A DNA stretch of 32,000 nucleotides from Alkalilimnicola ehrlichii MLHE-1 (GTDB lineage: Bacteria; Pseudomonadota; Gammaproteobacteria; Nitrococcales; Halorhodospiraceae), in NCBI RefSeq assembly GCF_000014785.1, contig NC_008340.1:1590001-1622000 (forward strand). The letters are read 5' to 3'. Numbering within the stretch: the stretch's first letter is position 1; every line of letters begins with the position of its first letter. Made by a program: the position numbers and the translations under genes. Shown piece by piece: positions 26,501 to 32,000 of the stretch. The notes below the pieces were generated by a model that saw only the letters and a list, made by a program, of their open reading frames with translations, searched no databases and was not told where the DNA came from.

Positions 26501-27166
26501 ATGCGCAAAACCAAGGCGGAAGCCGAAGAAACCCGTCACCAGTTGCTGGATGCCGCCGAAGCCGTCTTCCTGGAGCGCGGCGTGGCCGACGCCAGCCTCG
26601 CGGCCATCGCGGAGGCGGCGGGCATGACCCGCGGTGCCATCTATTGGCACTTTCGCGATAAGACACACCTCTACGATGAGATGGTGCGGCGCGTGCGCCT
26701 GCCGTTGGTGACCATGCGGGAGGCCTATGATGGCGAACTGGGGGGTGATCCGGTCGCGGTGCTGGAGAAGCTCTGCCTGACGGCCATCCGCCACCTGCTC
26801 AGGGATGAACGTACCCGCCGGGTCTACACCATCGTCCTGCACCGGCGGGCGCGCCGCCCCGGCGAACCGGCCACGGCGGGCGAGGCCGAGAACCGCGAGC
26901 AGGCCGAGGCGGCGTTCCGCAGTTGCTTTGAGGCCGCACAGCGCCAGGGTCGGCTGCATCCGGCGCTCAGCCCCGATACCGCCTTGGATGCGCTGATCGC
27001 CTTTTTCACCGGATTATTGTTCATCTGGCTGCAGGAGCCGGAGCGCCTGGATCTGGAGGGCGAGGCCGAGTGCTTGTTCCGGGTGTTTCTCCGGGGCCTC
27101 GTGCGGCCCGCTTCAAGCGCCGACCCGCGGGGCGACCGGGCCGGTGGTGCGGACGAGGAACGGTGA
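26501..27166 (+). CDS. acrR: TetR/AcrR-family repressor of the adjacent efflux operon, 221 aa
   Basis: MRKTKAEAEETRHQLLDAAEAVFLERGVADASLAAIAEAAGMTRGAIYWHFRDKTHLY parallels my recollection of E. coli AcrR ([20 protein letters not shown]…GVTRGAIYWHFKDKSDLF). The gene is divergent from the adaptor gene. The track start 26480 adds 7 codons. Confidence 0.9.
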   Translation: MRKTKAEAEETRHQLLDAAEAVFLERGVADASLAAIAEAAGMTRGAIYWHFRDKTHLYDEMVRRVRLPLVTMREAYDGELGGDPVAVLEKLCLTAIRHLLRDERTRRVYTIVLHRRARRPGEPATAGEAENREQAEAAFRSCFEAAQRQGRLHPALSPDTALDALIAFFTGLLFIWLQEPERLDLEGEAECLFRVFLRGLVRPASSADPRGDRAGGADEER

Positions 27167-27401
27167 GGGCGATCAGATCCATCCTCGGGTGTACTGAAGC
27201 GCGCTGAATCCGCGGTGGCGCCCGGCGGCCCCGCAATCCGCTCACGATGCTGTTGCAACGGCCATTGCTGCCCGCGGCGGGGCGGTGGGTCTGCGTGTTT
27301 GTTTGAGACAGACGGCATTTAACATAATATACATTATGCGCAGTAACGGATCGGACCGGTCGACCTTCCGGGGCCGCGCACGCCGGTGGCCTGGCGAGGA
27401 C

Positions 27402-28382
27402 TCAGGGATTGCGCTCCACCAGCTCCACCCGGCGGTTCTCCGCACGGCCGGCTTCGGTACGGTTGCTGGTCACCGGTGCCATCATGCCCGCGCCCGCCGC
27501 CTGCAGGCGGTCGCCATCGATGCCGTGTTCCCGCTGCAGCCAGCGCACCACGGCCTCGGCGCGTTCCATGGACAGGGTCAGGTTATAGTCGTAGTCACCG
27601 GTGCTGTCGGTATGGCCCACCACCAGCAACGTCAGGTCCGGCTGCTCCGACATCAGCTCGGCGATGGCCTCCAGCGCGTCCGCGGAGTCCGGCAGGATTT
27701 CGGCGCTGTTGACGGCGAAGAGGATATTCTGGATGGCCACCCGGCCGTCCTCGACTAGGCCGGTCTCCATCTCGCCGGCCGTCAGCGGCTTGTGCTCCAT
27801 CGCCGTCGCCATCTCCTCGGCGGTCACGATGGCCTTGGAGACCGCCGGGCCATCCACGCCGCGGGCGTTATAGATGGCGATGGCCGCCAGCACCTCACCG
27901 CTCCCTGAGCGCGCGGCGATATAGCGGACCTGACGGTCACGGTTGGCCACGCGGCAGCAGTCGCGGGCACCGCGCTCAAAGAGACCGGACTGGATGAAAA
28001 ACGTGCGGCCGTCGCCGCCGGAGAGCTCCGCCTCGCTGCCGGTGTACAGGATGTCGAAGCCGCTATCCTCCAACGCATGGATATAACTGCGTTTTACGCG
28101 GAGCGTGGCGACGCTGGGGTCGTCGAAGACGTAGCTTTGACTGAGCACCTCCCCTTCCATGACCGCCGTGGACTCGAAACCCTCGCCGGTGTAGGGGCCG
28201 GTTGGCACGGTCAGGCGGTCGAAATCGGTGACGTCGTGATAGACGATGTAAGAGCCGGCGACGCGGGGCACGTCCGGATGGTCCCCGGCGCCTTCAATGT
28301 CCTGGCTGGCCGGTGCGAGGCCGGCGGTCAGGAAGGCGCCAAAGGCGGTGGCGAGGACAAAGGGGCCGACGGTTCGGTGCAT
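27402..28382 (-). CDS. OmpA-domain peptidoglycan-associated protein with an uncharacterised N-terminal domain (possibly DUF4892-like), 326 aa
   Basis: It has a signal peptide (…FLTAGLAPASQ). The N-terminal domain carries GDHPDVPRVAGSYIVY. The C-terminal OmpA-like domain is ILFAVNSAEI…LLVVGHTDSTGDYDYNLTLSMERAEAV…AENRRVELV. An AAGGAG RBS precedes the ATG at 28382. Confidence 0.85.
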   Translation of the reverse strand: MHRTVGPFVLATAFGAFLTAGLAPASQDIEGAGDHPDVPRVAGSYIVYHDVTDFDRLTVPTGPYTGEGFESTAVMEGEVLSQSYVFDDPSVATLRVKRSYIHALEDSGFDILYTGSEAELSGGDGRTFFIQSGLFERGARDCCRVANRDRQVRYIAARSGSGEVLAAIAIYNARGVDGPAVSKAIVTAEEMATAMEHKPLTAGEMETGLVEDGRVAIQNILFAVNSAEILPDSADALEAIAELMSEQPDLTLLVVGHTDSTGDYDYNLTLSMERAEAVVRWLQREHGIDGDRLQAAGAGMMAPVTSNRTEAGRAENRRVELVERNP

Positions 28383-28452
28383 GCGGTTCTCCTTCACTGA
28401 GGTGCGGGGCACGGTTGACCCTTTGAAGATAGCCAATTTCCTACCGGATTGG

Positions 28453-28468
28453 GCCCCGTTTTCGGGGC
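28453..28468 (-). terminator. Small GC hairpin downstream of the alcohol dehydrogenase gene
   Basis: GCCCCG-TTTT-CGGGGC lies 38 nt past the ADH stop. A second hairpin, GCGCGA-cgccgt-TCGCGC, follows immediately at 28467-28484 (sharing 2 nt with the first). There is no U-tract on the minus strand. Confidence 0.3.
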
Positions 28469-28505
28469 GCGACGCCGTTCGCGCCGCAGGGGGCAGCAGA
28501 GGCGA

Positions 28506-29522
28506 CTAAGGGATCAGCACGGCGGCGCCCTGCAGGCGACCGCCGCGCAGGTCATCCAGGGCCTGATTGGCCTGGTCCAGGGGGTACTCCACCACTTCCG
28601 TGCGTACCGGCACCTCGGGCGCAAGGGCCATGAAGGCCTCACCATCGGCCCGGGTCAGGTTGGCGACCGAGCAGAGGCTGCGTTCGCCCCAGAGCCAGGC
28701 GTAGGGGAACGAGGGGATATCGCTCATGTGGATGCCGCCACAGACCACCCGGCCGCCCTTGCGCACCGCACGCAGGGCCTGGGGGACCAGGTCGCCGACG
28801 GGGGCAAAGATGATGGCCGCGTCCAATGGCTTGGGTGGCAGCCGGTCCGAGGGCCCGGCCCAGCAGGCGCCGAGGGCGCGGGCAAACGCCTGGGCCTTTT
28901 GATCCCCCGGACGGGTGAAGGCGTAGAGGTCGCGCTCCTGGTGGCGCGCCACCTGGGCCACGATATGGGCCGCCGCACCGAAACCGTAGATCCCCAGACG
29001 GCGGGCGTCGTCGCCGGCCATGCTCAGTGAGCGGTGACCGATGAGCCCGGCGCACAACAGTGGCGCGGCGCCGGCGTCGGTGTACGCGGCGGGGATCGGG
29101 AAGCAGAACCGCTCGTCGGCGATGGCGTATTCAGCGTAACCGCCCTGCAACTGGTAGCCGGTGAACCGTGCCTGGTCGCAGAGGTTTTCCCGGCCGGCGC
29201 GGCAATGATCGCAGGTCCCGCAGGTATGGCCGAGCCAGGGCACCCCCACCCGGTCGCCCGGGCGGTACCTTTGGCAGCCCTCGCCCACGCGGTCCACCAC
29301 ACCGACGATCTCATGGCCCGGGATGATGGGCAGTACGGGGTCCGGCAACTCGCCGTCCACCACGTGCAGATCCGTGCGGCAGACGGCGCAGGCGCGCACC
29401 CGGAGGCGGAGTTGCCCGATGCCGGGCTCCGGGACGGGCCAGGATTGGGCCTGCAGGGCCTGCCCCGGGGCCTCCAGCGCCATCACCCGCATGGTGGTGC
29501 GTTCCGTATCCTCTGCTTCCAT
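28506..29522 (-). CDS. Zinc-dependent alcohol dehydrogenase family (MDR) oxidoreductase, 338 aa
   Basis: CAVCRTDLHVVDGE and GHEIVG are catalytic Zn ligands. CGTCDHCRAGRENLC is the structural Zn cluster. GIYGFGAAAH is the NAD fold. An alternative start (MRVMAL…) at 29492 is possible. Confidence 0.9.
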   Translation of the reverse strand: MEAEDTERTTMRVMALEAPGQALQAQSWPVPEPGIGQLRLRVRACAVCRTDLHVVDGELPDPVLPIIPGHEIVGVVDRVGEGCQRYRPGDRVGVPWLGHTCGTCDHCRAGRENLCDQARFTGYQLQGGYAEYAIADERFCFPIPAAYTDAGAAPLLCAGLIGHRSLSMAGDDARRLGIYGFGAAAHIVAQVARHQERDLYAFTRPGDQKAQAFARALGACWAGPSDRLPPKPLDAAIIFAPVGDLVPQALRAVRKGGRVVCGGIHMSDIPSFPYAWLWGERSLCSVANLTRADGEAFMALAPEVPVRTEVVEYPLDQANQALDDLRGGRLQGAAVLIP

Positions 29523-29631
29523 TTCCCCTTCCCGGTCATCTGCTGCGGTAACCCTTACAATTATGGTCAGGCGCGGCGTTCCGGGGCTACCCTGGGCGCC
29601 CTATCCGGAATCACGAGTCGCTGGAGGCCCC

Positions 29632-30777
29632 ATGTGGTGGCAGGCAGAGTTCCCGCAGGATGATGGTATCGCCTATCTCAATCACGCCGGGGTGAGCCCC
29701 TGGCCGGCGTGCACCCGTGACGCGGTCGCCGAGTTCGCCGCCGAGAACGTCCGCCAGGGTGCGGCCGCCTACCCGCGATGGCTGGAAGCGGAACATCGAC
29801 TGAAGAACCGGTTGGCTGAGCTGATCAACGCGCCCTCCTCCGATACCATTGCGCTGGTGAAAAACACCTCCGAGGGGCTGTCCATGATCGCCTGGGGCCT
29901 GGACTGGGCCCCGGGGGACGAGGTGGTGATCAACCGCCATGAATTCCCGTCCAATCGTATCGTGTGGGAGTCGCTGGCGCGCCTGGGTGTGCGGGTGCGC
30001 GATGTTTCGTGGACGGTGGGTGACCCTGATCCCGAGTCCCGCCTGATCGAGGCCATGGGGCCAAAGACCCGCCTACTGGCGGTGAGCACGGTGCAGTACG
30101 CCAGCGGTGAGCGGATGGACATCGCGCGCCTGGTCACCGCCTGCCGGGAGCGGGGGGTGCTCTGCTGCGTCGACGGGATCCAGAGCCTGGGGGCGCTGCC
30201 CCTGGATGTGGCGGCGCTGGCGCCGGATTTTGTGGTGGCGGATGGGCACAAGTGGCTGCTGGGCCCGGAGGGGTTGGGTTTTATGTACGTCCGCCCGGAG
30301 CTGATCGGCCAGCTCCAGCTCTATCAGTACGGCTGGCACATGGTGGAGCACGCGGGGGACTACGACCGTAGTGACTGGGCGCCGGCCGCCAGTGCCCGTC
30401 GCTTCGAGTGCGGCAGCCCCAATATGCTCGGGGTGCACGCGCTGGTGGCCAGCGTCAGCCTGCTGCTGGAGGTGGGGCCGGACACGATCGCCGAGAACGT
30501 GCTCGATAACACCCGCCACCTGATGGACTGGGTGGATCAACGGCCGGAACTGGAGCTGATCACGCCCCGGGAGGGGGGGCGCCACGCGGGCATCGTCACC
30601 TTCCGGGCCCCGGGGGCGGATGCCCGTGCACTGTGGAAACGGCTCTCATCGGCGGGTGTGGTCGCCGCCCACCGCATGGGCGGCGTGCGTTTCTCGCCCC
30701 ATTTTTACACCGAGCCAACCCGCCTGGAGTACGCCACCGAGCAACTCCTCGCCGCCCTGCCCCACTGCCGGGCTTGA
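29632..30777 (+). CDS. Class V aminotransferase-fold PLP enzyme (cysteine desulfurase / selenocysteine lyase-like), 381 aa
   Basis: YLNHAGVSP, VSTVQYASGERMDI and ADGHKWLLGPEGLGFMYV (PLP-Lys in HK) are present. A GGAGG RBS lies 5 nt upstream of the ATG at 29632. The track ORF start (29323) lies inside the divergent ADH gene. Confidence 0.87.
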   Translation: MWWQAEFPQDDGIAYLNHAGVSPWPACTRDAVAEFAAENVRQGAAAYPRWLEAEHRLKNRLAELINAPSSDTIALVKNTSEGLSMIAWGLDWAPGDEVVINRHEFPSNRIVWESLARLGVRVRDVSWTVGDPDPESRLIEAMGPKTRLLAVSTVQYASGERMDIARLVTACRERGVLCCVDGIQSLGALPLDVAALAPDFVVADGHKWLLGPEGLGFMYVRPELIGQLQLYQYGWHMVEHAGDYDRSDWAPAASARRFECGSPNMLGVHALVASVSLLLEVGPDTIAENVLDNTRHLMDWVDQRPELELITPREGGRHAGIVTFRAPGADARALWKRLSSAGVVAAHRMGGVRFSPHFYTEPTRLEYATEQLLAALPHCRA

Positions 30778-30803
30778 GCGGGCGGGGCAGGCACCGCGAG
30801 GCC

Positions 30804-31166
30804 TCACATGGTGTGGGTGGGGCGGTCCGACTCCAGGGCGCCGGCCAGGTACTCCTCAATCTTGCGGCGGGCGGCGCCGTTGTCCTTGTCGGAGAACTGC
30901 ACCCCGACGCCGGCGGTGCGGTTGCCTTGGGCCCCCTGGGGGGTGATCCAGGCGATGCGCCCGACCACCGGGATCTTCTCCGACTCCTCCATGAGCGAGA
31001 GCAGCATGAAGACCTCGTCGCCGAGCTGGTAGCTTTTGCTGTTGGGCACGAAGAGGCCACCGTTTTTCAGGAACGGCATATAGGCGGCATAGAGGGCCGA
31101 CTTGTCCTTGATGGACAAGGACAGAATGCCGTGACGACTACGGGGCTTACGAGGTGTTTCCGCCAT
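30804..31166 (-). CDS. pilZ: Type IV pilus assembly protein PilZ (PilZ-domain protein), 120 aa
   Basis: ILSLSIKDKSALYAAYMPFLKNGGLFVP…YQLGDEVFMLLSLM…VVGRIAWITPQGAQGNRTAGVGVQF fits. It lies immediately downstream of holB, as in Pseudomonas, with a GGGAGGAG RBS. Confidence 0.9.
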   Translation of the reverse strand: MAETPRKPRSRHGILSLSIKDKSALYAAYMPFLKNGGLFVPNSKSYQLGDEVFMLLSLMEESEKIPVVGRIAWITPQGAQGNRTAGVGVQFSDKDNGAARRKIEEYLAGALESDRPTHTM

Positions 31167-31237
31167 ACGCTGCTCTCCTCCCTGCCGTTAGTCTCCCACG
31201 CCCGCCCCGGGATTGAAACCGGCGCAGGGCAGCGGCG

Positions 31238-32000
31238 TCAGACCGCTTCCAACCAACCCACCAGCAACGACTCCCTGACCAACTGCGGATTGAGCGGGTG
31301 GCCCTGGCGGTACTGGGCCTCGTGGACCGCCTCCAGGTGGCCGAGGACGGCGGTCGGGGTTGTCTCCGCCGCCAGCGCCCGGAGCGGGGCGGCGGGCGCA
31401 GCACGGCTCGCCTCCGCCCCCCCGGCCTGGAACCGGGCCAGTTCGGCGAGCAGGGTGGCCAACACATCCAGAAACACCGGAAGGTCCAGGTCGGCCCAGT
31501 CGCGGGCCAGCGCGATCGGGTCCTGGCGGCCCTGGTGCAGGGCGAGCAGATCCGCGGCGAGGCGATCCAATCGCTCGGGTAGCCCCGCCTCCTCCCAGGC
31601 CAGCCCCCGGAAGGGCGCCCCCCCGGCCAGCGCCAAGGTGCGCTCGGTGACGGTCAGCCCCTGGCCCCGCAACCCGCTCAAGGCCCTCTCCGCGGGCGGG
31701 ACCGGTATCGTCAGGTGGCGGCAGCGACTGCGGATGGTGGCGGGCAGTTGCGCCGGGCGTGAGCTCACCAATACCAGGAGAGTGGTGGCGGGCGGTTCCT
31801 CGAGGGTCTTCAGCAGGCTGTTGGCCGCATTGACGGTCAGGGTGTCCGCCGGATCGATCAGTGCGATCCGCCATCCACCGAACCGCGCACTCAGGTTGAG
31901 AAAGCGTCCGAGGGCACGCACCGCATCGACGGTAATCACCGCCCGCTCCTCGGGCGCCAAGTGGCGGAAATCCGGGTGCAGGCCCCGAGCCAGCGCGCGA
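31238..32000 (-). CDS. holB: DNA polymerase III delta-prime subunit, C-terminal about 250 codons; the N-terminus lies beyond the right window edge
   Basis: …HPDFRHLAPEERAVITVDAVRAL…AANSLLKTLEEPPATTLLVLVSSRPAQLPATIRSRC matches the HolB sensor/SRC motifs. The frame stays open to position 32000; the M in the track is an internal TTG Leu codon. Confidence 0.9.
   Translation of the reverse strand, partial: RALARGLHPDFRHLAPEERAVITVDAVRALGRFLNLSARFGGWRIALIDPADTLTVNAANSLLKTLEEPPATTLLVLVSSRPAQLPATIRSRCRHLTIPVPPAERALSGLRGQGLTVTERTLALAGGAPFRGLAWEEAGLPERLDRLAADLLALHQGRQDPIALARDWADLDLPVFLDVLATLLAELARFQAGGAEASRAAPAAPLRALAAETTPTAVLGHLEAVHEAQYRQGHPLNPQLVRESLLVGWLEAV

Noticed and set aside
27285-27758. A 157-aa + strand ORF starting in the AT-rich island.
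   Set aside because: Most of it is antisense to the conserved OmpA-like domain, and it has no recognisable motif.
29323-29631. The upstream part of the 484-aa ORF containing the aminotransferase.
   Set aside because: It overlaps the divergent ADH gene and the promoter region. Aminotransferase homology and a GGAGG RBS begin at 29632.

Overview
GC-rich gammaproteobacterial chromosomal window (holB-pilZ synteny, PomAB-like stator, AcrR-like regulator; possibly an Ectothiorhodospiraceae/Chromatiales-type haloalkaliphile, which is a guess). It is tightly packed with about 29 recognisable protein genes. In order: (1) Cu/Ag efflux operon cusC(partial)-cusB-cusA-cusF, where CusB carries an extra C-terminal CusF-like domain; (2) a convergent PagL-like outer-membrane protein; (3) prfC; (4) a TraB-family protein; (5) mtfA; (6) a stand-alone prpE-like acyl-CoA synthetase; (7) an isolated PomA/PomB-type stator pair; (8) dusB, with no fis downstream; (9) a 2-hydroxyacid dehydrogenase; (10) a co-directional run of SDR, lipoprotein cytochrome c, LysR, cytochrome b561, YceI and a SAM methyltransferase; (11) an AcrR-controlled AcrA/AcrB/OprM-type efflux operon; (12) an OmpA-domain protein; (13) a Zn-alcohol dehydrogenase; (14) a class V aminotransferase; (15) pilZ; (16) the 3' part of holB. 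I found no tRNA, rRNA, CRISPR array, transposase, integrase or recognisable defence genes. Every long unexplained ORF is antisense to, or an upstream extension of, a recognisable gene. I therefore cannot point to a convincing new multi-gene system. The most unusual signals are mostly noncoding: a tight cluster of DnaA boxes (the only perfect TTATCCACA I found by eye in the window) upstream of dusB, and a 409-bp structured intergenic region with an 18-bp perfect palindrome and an anti-SD-like arm in front of the stator pair. Other points worth a look are the isolated stator pair itself, the CusB-CusF fusion, an AcrR-type operator that matches my recollection of the E. coli site, and an orphan promoter-like AT island in a convergent gap. 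Several start codons were refined by eye from the ORF track and may be off by a few codons.
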